Shown one piece after another: positions 9,184 to 20,300 of a stretch of 64,000 bases of DNA (positions are counted from its first letter, which is position 1; every line of letters begins with the position of its first letter). Both the position numbers and the translations under genes were made by a program. This stretch comes from a candidate division WWE3 bacterium UBA1379. Its GTDB lineage: Bacteria; Patescibacteriota; WWE3; UBA101185; UBA10185. The notes under the pieces are model-generated. The model was not told where the DNA came from. It was given only the letters and a program-made list of their open reading frames with translations, and did not search any database. The stretch lies in assembly GCA_002305475.1 (NCBI GenBank), contig DBRB01000003.1:111844-175843 (forward strand), written 5' to 3'.

Positions 9184-10725
9184 ATGGACATCTGTAAGAG
9201 AAATATTTTAATATTTTTTGGTATATCGATTCTTCTTTTCACATTAATGTTTCCCCTTTCTTATTCGATCTCATTTATCCAAAATGATGAATGGGTACAT
9301 TACCTGGTTTTAAATAATTTTCTGGGTGGAAATTTTTCCCTGCATCCCAGAATAGGTTCAACATTTTATACACAGGGTATCCTGGCATATTTGTTTTCTT
9401 TAATCTGGTCCGTGGAAAGAATTCCCATCCTTACCCTATTTATATCTGTATTAAATTTTTATCTTACAGCATTAATTGTTCTCGTAAGGATGAAAAAAAG
9501 CCTTCTTATTTCCATCATAAGCGGATTATTTATTCTACTAAATCCTATCCATGTCTATTCACAATGGGGATTTATGACGGAAAACTACTTCCTGTTTTTC
9601 TTTCTATTATCACTGTATTTCAGTTTCGGATTTTTAAGTAATAATAAGTTTAATAACTTTTTCTTAGCTAATCTTTTTATGATCTTAGGTTTTTTCATCA
9701 AACAGTATGGATTGGTTCTGCCTGTATCATTCTCTTTTGCACTATTTGTTAAAAAACAATATAAACATGCAGTTATTCAATTTGTATTATCCGCAGTTCT
9801 ATTTCTTTTTTACAAAACATTATTCCCCATTACTCCTATAATGGAGAATCAGAGTTTAAGTTTTGATCATATATTTAACCTTAAATATATGGTTTCATAT
9901 TCTGCTGGGATTATGGTTTATTTATGTGCTTTTGTTCTTCCTTTAGTGTTTTCAGCTTCACTTAAAGGTTTATCCAGATCAAAACTGATAATTTCAGGAA
10001 TATTATCCCTCATATTATTATTTCTTCTTTTAAGTTTTTTTGATCGTTTGCAGTTTGAAAAAAGAGAATTTCCTTACTTTGAAAATACATTTGAGAGAAA
10101 TGGCTTTTTTACCATTGATATAACGGGATCCAAATACCCCCTTCCTTATGTGGATAATATTTTTAACTTATGGGAAATTATATCTTTTATTGTATTGGTT
10201 ATCGGGTTACCTCTTATACTTATGCGAAGAAAAGTGAATGATCCGGTATTTGTTCAACTGGGTTCCTGTATTCTTTTGTATTTTTCTTTCCTTTTACTGT
10301 CACCTATGTTATACGATCGATATCTTCTTCCTTTGGTTCCGTTATTTATTCTGATTGTTGTATTACCGCATCAATCGTTTTCAAAATCATCAATAAGTGT
10401 ATTTATGGCTTTTCTCATATTTCTGTTTTTTTTGAATTATCAATTCTCCATGGATTTTTTGGGACGGAATAATTACACCTGGCAGAAATCGGAGTCATTA
10501 TATAATTCAGGAATATCAAAAACTGATATAAATCCCGGTCATTCGTGGCGTATGCTTTCTTTGGACGAAGAACAAGTTGAACGTTGGGATTATATCTTCC
10601 GATATGATCCCATCAGTAAACGTCCGAAAGATATCGGGGATTGGGAAGTAATAGAAACTTATGAAGTGAAGTATCCGTTTAATATGTTTGAAGACCCATA
10701 CATCTATTTGTATAAACGGTTGTAA
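9184..10725 (+). CDS. GT-C fold membrane glycosyltransferase (PMT/ArnT-like)
   Basis: Multi-TM; acidic QNDEW after TM1; RYLLP motif. Confidence 0.75.
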   Translation: MDICKRNILIFFGISILLFTLMFPLSYSISFIQNDEWVHYLVLNNFLGGNFSLHPRIGSTFYTQGILAYLFSLIWSVERIPILTLFISVLNFYLTALIVLVRMKKSLLISIISGLFILLNPIHVYSQWGFMTENYFLFFFLLSLYFSFGFLSNNKFNNFFLANLFMILGFFIKQYGLVLPVSFSFALFVKKQYKHAVIQFVLSAVLFLFYKTLFPITPIMENQSLSFDHIFNLKYMVSYSAGIMVYLCAFVLPLVFSASLKGLSRSKLIISGILSLILLFLLLSFFDRLQFEKREFPYFENTFERNGFFTIDITGSKYPLPYVDNIFNLWEIISFIVLVIGLPLILMRRKVNDPVFVQLGSCILLYFSFLLLSPMLYDRYLLPLVPLFILIVVLPHQSFSKSSISVFMAFLIFLFFLNYQFSMDFLGRNNYTWQKSESLYNSGISKTDINPGHSWRMLSLDEEQVERWDYIFRYDPISKRPKDIGDWEVIETYEVKYPFNMFEDPYIYLYKRL

Positions 10726-10783
10726 TGGGTATTAGTACTATAGTTACATTATCCGTAATTGCATTGTATAATTTGTTAGTTAC

Positions 10784-12118
10784 ATGAAGCTGTTAAAATT
10801 AAGAAACAATCTTATTGTTCAGGCACTTATTGTATTTATAATATTTTTCATCGCATACCTATCTAATCTTCGTTACGATTATTTCAAGAATCTAGAAACA
10901 CATTCTCCCAGGCGACTTATGACTTCCAGAGATTATGTCGGTAATACATTTCTTCCGTATCTGATCATTAAAAAAGGCACGTTTAATTTTGCAGATGATT
11001 TAAAGGTTATAAATAAATACATCCAGGGAAAACCATACTATGTGATAGACGTCAATGGAGGTTATTATGGTAAGTATCCCGTGTTTACAGGAGTATTAGC
11101 TGTACCGATATATCTAATTCCCGTGATCCTAAAAATACCACAACTTGAAACTATGCTGGATGTTTATAAAATTCTAGCGCTTGGTAGAATTGCTGCCTCT
11201 TTTTATACTGCTCTTTCAGTCGCAATCTTATACATGATTATTAGAAAATTATGGGATAAAAATAATTACGGTATATTTCCATTTCTATTTATAACTGCAT
11301 ATGCTCTTGGTACAAATGTATTATCCATAGCTAGTAGAGGGTTATGGCTTCATACCAGTTCGATATTGCTTATCAGTTTAGGGATTTTACTTATGGTATT
11401 AAGCATCAAAAACCCGAAATACATTCCATTTCTAAGTCTAATTGCCGGACTGTCCGTTATCGCCAGAACTACAAATATATTTTTTGCTGCCACGTTGTTT
11501 TTATATGTACTACTTCATTATAGGAAGTATTTGATAACATTCATTCTTTTTACCACTCCTACGGTAATCCTGTATTTTCTGCAAAACAAATTATTATATG
11601 GGGATTTTTTTCTGGAAGGATATCAGCTAAATGACAAAATTGAGTTTGTGACACCGCTTTTTGATGGTTTACATGGTCTGTTGTTCAGTCCCGGAAAAGG
11701 TTTTTTGTTTACGACTCCACTAATGTTTATAGGTATCATCTATATGATATTTTTCTATATATTGAGACTTCAGAAAAACGATATGGATGAAAAGAAGAGG
11801 TTAATGGCATATTTAGGTATTGTGTTTTTATGTGGTTTATTATTAAATGCGAAATGGCGGGACTGGCATGGGGCTGACAGATTCGGGCCTGCCTTATTAA
11901 CGGAGTTTTTGCCCATAACCGCGCTATTCAGTTATGATTTATTTGATAAATTTATCAGACGGAATAAAGTTCTTGCCTTATCAATATTCGTGATCATCTC
12001 TCTATATAGTATGTATGCACATGTAAATACAGTTCATTTCCGTAAGTCACGTTGTTCAGCAGATCATGTATGGACTTTTTACTGTCTGACAAAACCAAGT
12101 AAAGAATTGTTATATTAA
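10784..12118 (+). CDS. GT-C-like polytopic membrane protein (putative glycosyltransferase)
   Basis: Multi-TM; YGKYP, GLLFSPGKG..F.TP and W.G..RFGP motifs. Confidence 0.65.
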   Translation: MKLLKLRNNLIVQALIVFIIFFIAYLSNLRYDYFKNLETHSPRRLMTSRDYVGNTFLPYLIIKKGTFNFADDLKVINKYIQGKPYYVIDVNGGYYGKYPVFTGVLAVPIYLIPVILKIPQLETMLDVYKILALGRIAASFYTALSVAILYMIIRKLWDKNNYGIFPFLFITAYALGTNVLSIASRGLWLHTSSILLISLGILLMVLSIKNPKYIPFLSLIAGLSVIARTTNIFFAATLFLYVLLHYRKYLITFILFTTPTVILYFLQNKLLYGDFFLEGYQLNDKIEFVTPLFDGLHGLLFSPGKGFLFTTPLMFIGIIYMIFFYILRLQKNDMDEKKRLMAYLGIVFLCGLLLNAKWRDWHGADRFGPALLTEFLPITALFSYDLFDKFIRRNKVLALSIFVIISLYSMYAHVNTVHFRKSRCSADHVWTFYCLTKPSKELLY

Positions 12119-12122
12119 TATT

Positions 12123-13580
12123 ATGAGTATTATGGGAATTAAGAATTCTAAAATTGAAATAGTATTTTTTATTCTACTAGCAGTAATATCTGCGATTCCC
12201 CGGTTTACACAGCTAGGATATTCTCATTTCTATGGTGATGAAACAAAAGCCATGTATGTGAAGAAAAACTTCTCGGCAACAGAGTTTTTTTTCAATCAGA
12301 GAAAGGGTCCGATGCAGGGATTGATCAGCTGGTTAACGGAAAAAGTATCAGGAGGTTTTAGTGAAAGAGATATGAGAATACCTTTTGCTATCAGCGGATT
12401 TCTCTCTGTAATTTTATTCTACTTTATTGTTCGTGCAGCAATAAATTGGCAAACCGCAGCTGTGAGTTCATTCCTGTTTTCTTTAAACGGGTTTTATTTA
12501 GCATTTAGTAGGACAGTGCAGTATCAAAGTTTACTCTTATTCTTCGGATTGTTCTCCATACTACTATGTGTACTCATATCAAAAACTGCTAATCAGCGAT
12601 TAAAAATTCATTTGTTGATAGGTGCTGGTTTATTTATGGGTTTGAGCTTTTTAACTCATTATGATGCTGTATTCTTTATGGTTCCCTCAGTACTGCTTCT
12701 ATGGAGTGGCGGTAATAGGATCCGAAATATATTTATTTATGGTGCTACTACTGCAATTATGGCTTCACTTTTTTATGTTCCATATATTTTCAAAGGGTTT
12801 TTCTACTTCAACACCAGCATCTATATGATAAACCGGTTTGCAGGTATCGACTCCCTGCCCAATAACAGTCTTTTTACCTATAATGTATACAATCCTTTTT
12901 ATATAACTTTTGCATTTGTTGTATTTATCATCATGGCACTTCTCAGACTGCATAAGAATTATATTGTCAGAATTACACTTGTCTGGTTTTTAGTTCCATT
13001 TGTGGCATTTGAAGTGGTGTTTTCCAACCCCGGTACGCATATTCATAATTATGTTATTCCGCTGTTTATATTTGCTGGATATGGAGTGTATCTTGTGTAC
13101 TGCTATTTGAAAAACAAAATAGTGAGGTCGGTATTTTCCTTTGTTGTAGTTGCTGCTTTAGCACTGATAACTACCATAGGTTATTCATTGTATATTCCCG
13201 CATTTCACACCGGTTATCCCTGGAAACAGTCAAAGTTTCTGACGATGGATATTCCTGCCGTAGATAGAAATACATTTCAATTATTTATATATGGATTCCC
13301 ATATTACAGAGGATGGGATCAGGTTAGAAATTTTGTATTTAACCAAAAAGCAGAGTTAGCGAGAAACTTTTCCACTAATGATAATGTGACGGTGGCTGAA
13401 TACTATCTATCTCCACTGCTGGCATATCATGCTAAACCGCAGTTCTATATCTATGTAGTGGACGGTATGCTTGCAAAACCAAAACTACCTGAAACCGAAG
13501 ATATATTTACGTACTTTTTAATGAAAGAAATTATGGTAGACGATGAAGTGACCGCCCAGATCTATAGAAGAATCATTTAG
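12123..13580 (+). CDS. GT-C fold glycosyltransferase (GT39/GT83-like)
   Basis: LGYSHFYGDE, QRKGPMQ, RIPFA, SRTVQY motifs; multi-TM. Confidence 0.8.
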   Translation: MSIMGIKNSKIEIVFFILLAVISAIPRFTQLGYSHFYGDETKAMYVKKNFSATEFFFNQRKGPMQGLISWLTEKVSGGFSERDMRIPFAISGFLSVILFYFIVRAAINWQTAAVSSFLFSLNGFYLAFSRTVQYQSLLLFFGLFSILLCVLISKTANQRLKIHLLIGAGLFMGLSFLTHYDAVFFMVPSVLLLWSGGNRIRNIFIYGATTAIMASLFYVPYIFKGFFYFNTSIYMINRFAGIDSLPNNSLFTYNVYNPFYITFAFVVFIIMALLRLHKNYIVRITLVWFLVPFVAFEVVFSNPGTHIHNYVIPLFIFAGYGVYLVYCYLKNKIVRSVFSFVVVAALALITTIGYSLYIPAFHTGYPWKQSKFLTMDIPAVDRNTFQLFIYGFPYYRGWDQVRNFVFNQKAELARNFSTNDNVTVAEYYLSPLLAYHAKPQFYIYVVDGMLAKPKLPETEDIFTYFLMKEIMVDDEVTAQIYRRII

Positions 13581-15108
13581 TCAGAGTACCGATATATAAT
13601 AGTGGTGCATTTTCTCTTTTAATCTCCCCAAGAATATTTAATTTCATATCCCTTTGTTTTGTCCTTTCGTAATCACATAGAATCAGATCAGCATCCCTTG
13701 ATTCATTCACCATCTCAAAACTTCCCTTTCCAAAGTACCATACAGAATTTGATACATTACAAGGGTATACTTTTAAAACTTTTGGAAATTCTTTGCGGTG
13801 ATCAATAACCCACTGCGTTCCCTCTTTATACGAGGCACCCCAGTAGTCGGTTTCGTATGCATCATAAGTGTTTTTAAGTCCTCCTGTTAATTCATTGAAA
13901 TATATGTATTCAAAAGGGTGCAGATGAATCATCCTGATAAGAGTGAATAGCAGATAAATGGTGAAGATGGATACTACTGTAATAAATAATTTACGATTGT
14001 TTGTTGAATATAAGTCATTAAGAAATATTACGGCTAACATGATAAAAATGGGAACTAAAAAGAGAAAATGACGGATACCGTTATATATTATCGGATTGAT
14101 GGAAAAATAAACAGTGAAATTAATCAATACAGAAATAAGTAGTAAAAAATATATGGGTATTTTTATAAACCTCTTAACATAGATCACAGACAGTATTAAA
14201 GGTATTAATGTGTGTAGTGGTGTGGTGATAAGAAACCAAATAGGAAGATAAATGATCGGATGATTATATTTATCCAACATACTTCCCATGAATAGAATTT
14301 CATGATTCCATAGATCAAATGTTGAGGATACTGCGATAAGTCGGATGAAATTTCTTACCGGAGATTCCCACAAACTGGGAAGAAATCCCACCATAACTAT
14401 GATTGATCCGATTCCTACAAAGATAGTGCTATATGTGGTTTTCATCAGGGATTTTTTAATATTATCCAAAGTTAAACTGTCTTTTAATCCCATCTTAAGG
14501 TTAAAGACCGCATATATAATTAAGAGTGTAAGTCCTAATATCCGGGTGCTTTGCGTTATTCCTATTAATACTGCTAAGCTTAAATATTCAATGATGGGTT
14601 TATTCTTAGTTGTTCCAAAGTAATATATTGCAAAAAGACTGAGAGTATACATAATGGCAAAAGGTATATCTTTAGGGTTACCCGGAAGATCACCTGTAAA
14701 TCTAGGGGTGAGAAATAAAAGTAGTACTGCGGATATAGCAGCAAATTTACTTTTAAGAGCCTTATATATAAAAAGATAGATTAATATGAAAGCTGCAGAT
14801 CCTAATATCAGATTGATCAGGTGATTCCATTCATAATAGTTTTTGGTATTGATTAATATATGTATCAGAAGATGAGCGCGTGAATAAGGAGCTTCAAGAG
14901 GATTATAATTCCATCCCTTAGAATAAAGATAATCACGTGATGCATTATCAAATAACATCTGTTTAAGTAGTCTGGTTGAAATATATTCTGTATCTTCATC
15001 CGCTGTTATTCCAAAGTCCTTATAGAATAGAAATGATAAAACCAGATAAAAAACTAAGAATATAAAAATCGGGTAATGTTTTCTAATAATATTTATAATC
15101 ACCGTCAC
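13573..15108 (-). CDS. GT-C fold glycosyltransferase
   Basis: DFGITADE, NPKDIPFA, YNGIRHFLF, HPFEYIYFNEL.GG, DYWG motifs. Confidence 0.8.
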   Translation of the reverse strand: MTVIINIIRKHYPIFIFLVFYLVLSFLFYKDFGITADEDTEYISTRLLKQMLFDNASRDYLYSKGWNYNPLEAPYSRAHLLIHILINTKNYYEWNHLINLILGSAAFILIYLFIYKALKSKFAAISAVLLLFLTPRFTGDLPGNPKDIPFAIMYTLSLFAIYYFGTTKNKPIIEYLSLAVLIGITQSTRILGLTLLIIYAVFNLKMGLKDSLTLDNIKKSLMKTTYSTIFVGIGSIIVMVGFLPSLWESPVRNFIRLIAVSSTFDLWNHEILFMGSMLDKYNHPIIYLPIWFLITTPLHTLIPLILSVIYVKRFIKIPIYFLLLISVLINFTVYFSINPIIYNGIRHFLFLVPIFIMLAVIFLNDLYSTNNRKLFITVVSIFTIYLLFTLIRMIHLHPFEYIYFNELTGGLKNTYDAYETDYWGASYKEGTQWVIDHRKEFPKVLKVYPCNVSNSVWYFGKGSFEMVNESRDADLILCDYERTKQRDMKLNILGEIKRENAPLLYIGTLTK

Positions 15109-15197
15109 TATTTTACACTATATAAATCTATCCTTTAAGCAATAAATCTCCAATGCAAATACTTGCATATAAAATATATACCCTCTATGATTAAGCT

Positions 15198-15815
15198 ATG
15201 GGTGATAAGATTACCCGTCATTACCAGCCCAGAGGTAGTAAGGATAAACTGATAACCTCTAAAGAGAAAACCAGCGGAGCTGCAGCGGTTATTTCAAAAT
15301 TTCTCAGCACCAGTGAATCAGATGATCCAGAGACCATAATCGATATTAAAATAACCAATCCCCTAAAAAGAATCTATGAGTTAATACAGGAAATTAAAAA
15401 GCATCAGACTACTACCTTTAATCTGAAGTTTACTATTCCTCTTATTGCTTTACCTATATTTCTATTTGCGGCATTTAAAATTGGGCAAGGTCAGGGTGCC
15501 TGCCGGCAGTTTTATAAGTCAAAAACTGGGTTAGTAAGGGTGCTGAGTATTGATGTTCCGCAGGAATCTAAGGATAGAATTACTTTCTTATCATCTCTAC
15601 TATCATTCATTCCCTCTTTTGAACCGACAACATATTATATTGAGGAAAGCAGAACAATCTTAATTGACAATAATGGGAATACGACAACGATTTTACATCC
15701 TAAGTATATTAACTTTTCTCTGCTGGATAATAAGAAAGTAATAATTACAGGTGAATACTCTTCCTGTGCAAGTGTATTAAGTGTAGTATCAGAAAAGAAT
15801 GTGATGGAACTTTAA
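15198..15815 (+). CDS. Hypothetical single-TM protein
   Basis: Central hydrophobic segment; TATGAT-N6-ATG start. Confidence 0.6.
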   Translation: MGDKITRHYQPRGSKDKLITSKEKTSGAAAVISKFLSTSESDDPETIIDIKITNPLKRIYELIQEIKKHQTTTFNLKFTIPLIALPIFLFAAFKIGQGQGACRQFYKSKTGLVRVLSIDVPQESKDRITFLSSLLSFIPSFEPTTYYIEESRTILIDNNGNTTTILHPKYINFSLLDNKKVIITGEYSSCASVLSVVSEKNVMEL

Positions 15816-15822
15816 GTATGAT

Positions 15823-17310
15823 TTATGGGTTTTCCACCCGATAAATTCTCACAACCGTTTCTCCGTTAATTTCAATCTCTTTTACAGTTCTTTTGTTTTT
15901 TATTTGAGGTGCTTTCCAGTCATTGACAAAACTTAACGGCTGTTTTACAGCTATGTAGTAATAAGCAGGAGTACTTGTCCCATATGAAGCATCCATATAA
16001 AAATTACTGGTGGATGCATCTTCATTGGTAATATATTTTAGATTCTCGTTATTGATCCTGTTTTGTTCATTGACGAATTCATTTATTTGATCCCAATCTC
16101 TACGCAATGGAAAACCGAATAAAGGTAGTACTGGGTAATCCTCATAATTAATTGTTTCATATTTACCCAGTATTTTTTCCTGTCTCCAAGGATACTCTAC
16201 CGTATGATCTACAAAAAGTATGTAGGTCTGATAGTAGAAGAAAGAAAAAAGAGCAAGAAAAGAAAGGATGATAACTCCTCTGATTAATTTCGGAGAATAA
16301 CAAAGTATTCTTTCAATGCCGATAGCACAAACTACCAGTGCCGGTATTACAAAATTATAGATATGGGTTCCCGGTTTAATAACAAAGAAATTGAACACCA
16401 GGTAAGTAAATACTGCCCAGCTTAAAAAGTAATAATTCTTTTTAATAAAGATACCTCCGATTGCAGTTCCTATGATCAGAAACCAGTAGAATACGAAAGG
16501 ATGATACAGTTCAATAAGAGTTCTTATACTATGGTCTTTCTCACCAACTCCAACCCTTCTGAATAAATAGCGTTGATTATCAGAAGATTCTAATTGATAC
16601 AAAATATATGGAATAAGATATGGCAGAAGAAGAAGGCAACCCAGCAGAAAGTTAATTACCAATACTTGTATTTTGTATTTAGTTTCATGTCGTTTATTAA
16701 ACAAGAATTGAGCCAAGATAATAGCTATTGGTAGGACAGCAAATACTGCATCCCAATGGGAAAGAATTGATAAACAGTAAAAAAATGTTCCTAGCAGGGT
16801 TTTAAAGAAAGTCTTTTTCCTGTCTTTTATATCAAGAAGGTCGCTATACAAGTATAGAGACAGAAAAGTAAATATAAGATTCAGATTTTGGTATTGAACT
16901 ATCCTACCAAAAGCTGAGACAAAACCGTTAACCAGATATAGCAAAGCTGAGATAAATCCTATCATGCGATTTTTGGTGAGTTTGGAAATCATTAGATAGA
17001 AAAATACTACTGAAGCAATATTAATTAATGCATATGGGATACGTTCTGCAAGTTCATTATGAAAATCATGGGTAAATAAATATGGTATATAGGATACAAA
17101 GACCTGCATTGGCCCTTTACGCTGTGAGATGAAAAATTGTACAGGTGACACTGTAACTCTGTGATCAAAAAAGGTCCTATGTTCATCCTTAACATAATCT
17201 GAATATCCTAAATTGATGAATCTTAGGGGGAGGGTTAATATTATCAACAATACGATGATAATCCATTCTTTTGTGACTATTCTCATTAAAGCATTAAATG
17301 AGTTTTTCAT
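15823..17310 (-). CDS. GT-C fold glycosyltransferase, paralog of 12123..13580
   Basis: LGYSDYVKDE, QRKGPMQ, PGTHIYN.VIP and YPW motifs shared with 12123. Confidence 0.8.
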   Translation of the reverse strand: MKNSFNALMRIVTKEWIIIVLLIILTLPLRFINLGYSDYVKDEHRTFFDHRVTVSPVQFFISQRKGPMQVFVSYIPYLFTHDFHNELAERIPYALINIASVVFFYLMISKLTKNRMIGFISALLYLVNGFVSAFGRIVQYQNLNLIFTFLSLYLYSDLLDIKDRKKTFFKTLLGTFFYCLSILSHWDAVFAVLPIAIILAQFLFNKRHETKYKIQVLVINFLLGCLLLLPYLIPYILYQLESSDNQRYLFRRVGVGEKDHSIRTLIELYHPFVFYWFLIIGTAIGGIFIKKNYYFLSWAVFTYLVFNFFVIKPGTHIYNFVIPALVVCAIGIERILCYSPKLIRGVIILSFLALFSFFYYQTYILFVDHTVEYPWRQEKILGKYETINYEDYPVLPLFGFPLRRDWDQINEFVNEQNRINNENLKYITNEDASTSNFYMDASYGTSTPAYYYIAVKQPLSFVNDWKAPQIKNKRTVKEIEINGETVVRIYRVENP

Positions 17311-17327
17311 TGTATACTACCAATAAT

Positions 17328-20300
17328 ATGGGTGATAAAGAAAATCGGCAAGTCCCGGCGATTAACATCAGAGAGGTTGTAACTTTAATAATATTTTCTT
17401 TAATATTTTTATTTGTTTATAGATTTGATTATTTTTTCAGCGGAAAAATTGTTAAGGGAGGAGATCCAGAAGGGTTTTTCTATCCCTCTGCCTATTATCT
17501 TTATCAGCAATTAATTTCAGGAAAGTTTCCTTTTTGGACAGAACGGATATTTTTAGGTTTCCCTGCTTTCGCAATGTCCGAATTTGCTTATCTTAATCCC
17601 TTACGTATTATCGGTGTTTTGGTTTTTGGTCCTTTTGCAGTTTTTAAATTTGAACATATACTTTTTTATCTATTGGGTGTCATCGGAATATACGGAATAT
17701 TAAAAAAAACAGGTGTCAACATTTTGGGAATATTCGTCAGTATCATTACCTACTACTTTTCTTTTTTTCACATATACCGCACTATACATTTTAATTTTCT
17801 TCTCACCACATATCTATTGCCTATTAACATATTCTTAATATGGTCATTTATAACTTCGAATCGCCTAAGGTATTTATTAATTAATGCACTATTGGTATCA
17901 ATTACTATATATTATGGAAACTACAATGCAGTGGCATTATGTCTGATTCCTCAGATATTGTTGTTTGCTGTATATATAACCAAAGTTAAAATTCTTGAAC
18001 TGGTTAAAGGTTTAATGGTGATGTTGTTTTTTATTTCCATGTTTTCTATGCCTGCAATTATGTCAACATATTCTTTGTATTCTCAGAGCACACGGGGATC
18101 AGGAAATTTAAATTTTGTGGATGGATCAATAGCCCCCATACTATCATTATCTGTAGTTTATCCGTTTCTGTTAGGATACGGTGAAAATTTTATCGGTCAG
18201 ACGATAAATAATAATTATTATGAGCATGAAATCTACTTTTATTTCGGAATAGTGTCGGTATTATTAGCAATAATAGGTTATGTGTTTCAAGAGAGAAACA
18301 GTCGGGTTAGATTATTTCTATCTCTGAATATAGCAATATTTTTTATCTTTGGTTTTTTGGAATACTTGCCGTTTAAAACCCTGTTGAATGTCTTTCCGGT
18401 AAATCTTTTCAGATATTATGTCAGAACGTCCTTTTTAGGGTTATTATCTGTATCGATTTTTTCCGCAATTGGACTGCATATTTTAATCACTAATACAGAC
18501 TTTAAGCTGACAAAAACACGAATAATTCGAATACTTGTCTTATGCATTATTCCTTTCTATTATCTACTCTTGGATCTGATTAACCCCGGTCTAATTTATT
18601 CTAAGCAGATACTTGCTTTTATTATTAGAGGAGGTGCATTATATGAAAAAATTTGGTTCACCATTTTAGTTTCCTCTATTATTATTTTTGTGTTTTTCCT
18701 GAAACAAAAGAAATTTAGAAAAATATATACCGGTGTAATTATTTTTCTTGTTATTGCAGATTTGTATTTTTTTACCGGTATCGTTGGAAATGAGTTGTTA
18801 ATAGAAAAATATATACCGGATGCCCCTGAGTTAGGAAATACCAGGGTACTTTATACAAATCCCGAAATCATAGGTAATATGCCATTGTATTGGAATAATT
18901 GGAGTGTTTATGGCACATCCACCACTTTTGAATCTGGTTTGCAAAAAGAACTCTACAAATCTCATGGTTTAAAAAGTATAAGAAGATTTGATGATTCATT
19001 TCGCATGGATCAATTGCCAGCGTATTCCGAGAACCTGACCAAGCTAGGAATAGAAAAGGTAATCGTGGATGATAATACTGTTTTAGATTTAAACAATGAA
19101 AATAATGTTTTTGACAAAAGTATATATGGACTAACTGGAAACGTTATTGAAGCTGAAGAGGGTCATATTAAATATGAGATAGATAGTGATAAACGCCAGG
19201 AGATAACAACAAAAATAAAGAACTTTACCGGATGGAGAGTGTTTATAAACAATATAGAACGAAAAGTTACTTCTACTAAGGATGATCTGTTTATAAAGTT
19301 TTATCTGGACATGGGTAAAAATATAGTAGAAATGCAATACTTTCCCCTACCCTTATATAGAGGTTTACTTATCTCATTCTGTTTATTACTAGTTTATTTG
19401 TATTTTAGGTTAGTAAGACTGGATAAAATAAAAAAATTTATTCTATTTATTTCCATAGTACTATCTCTTGCTGTTTTTCTTTATAAATCCGATTACAAAT
19501 CAGTATTTACTGATGAGGTGCTGTATTTAGAATCAGGAAGAGAGTATCTGTCGGGTAATTTTGAAAACAATCTTCAGCACCCGCTTATTGGAAAATATAT
19601 TGCAGGGATATCCGATTTCACCAGATCAAGAGATTTATCAATATTAAGACTGCCGTTTGTTTTGTTATCCTTTGGCACAGCTATAGTGACTTTTATGATT
19701 ATAAGTCCTGTATATGGCTTTTATTTTGGCATATTAGGGATGCTTCTATACACCACAATGCCATTTACATATATCTCGGGGAGAATGATTCTTTTTGAAT
19801 CCCCTATGCATTTCTTCTGGTCATTGTTTCATCTGTATTTTCTGAAATACCTGAAAAACAGAAATTTGAAAACAGCACTAGTTGCAGGATTTTTTATCGG
19901 GCTGAGTATGGGAACAAAGTATACTTCTATTATTTTATATCCGTTTTCTTTACTAATAGTATTAATGGTATGTGGTAAGAAGATCAATATAAGACAATTA
20001 CTCACTATGTATATATCATCTGCGTTTGTATTCGGTATTACTTGGCTTCATATGGTAATAAAGTTAGGTATGCCATCATTGATTATCGCTGCCAAGGAAG
20101 CTAAGAATATATTTTTCGGAAGAAATGAGGAAGGAAAAATCCATGTTGTTAACGGTAAGTTATATGAGAAGTCTCCTTTTTGGTTCTATTTTTATTATAT
20201 ATACCATCAGTATAATCCTGTTCAAATGATAGTATCAGGGTTATCAGTATTGGCTGCTCTGTTCAGAAGAAAATATTTTGAGAATTACTGGTTGATATTT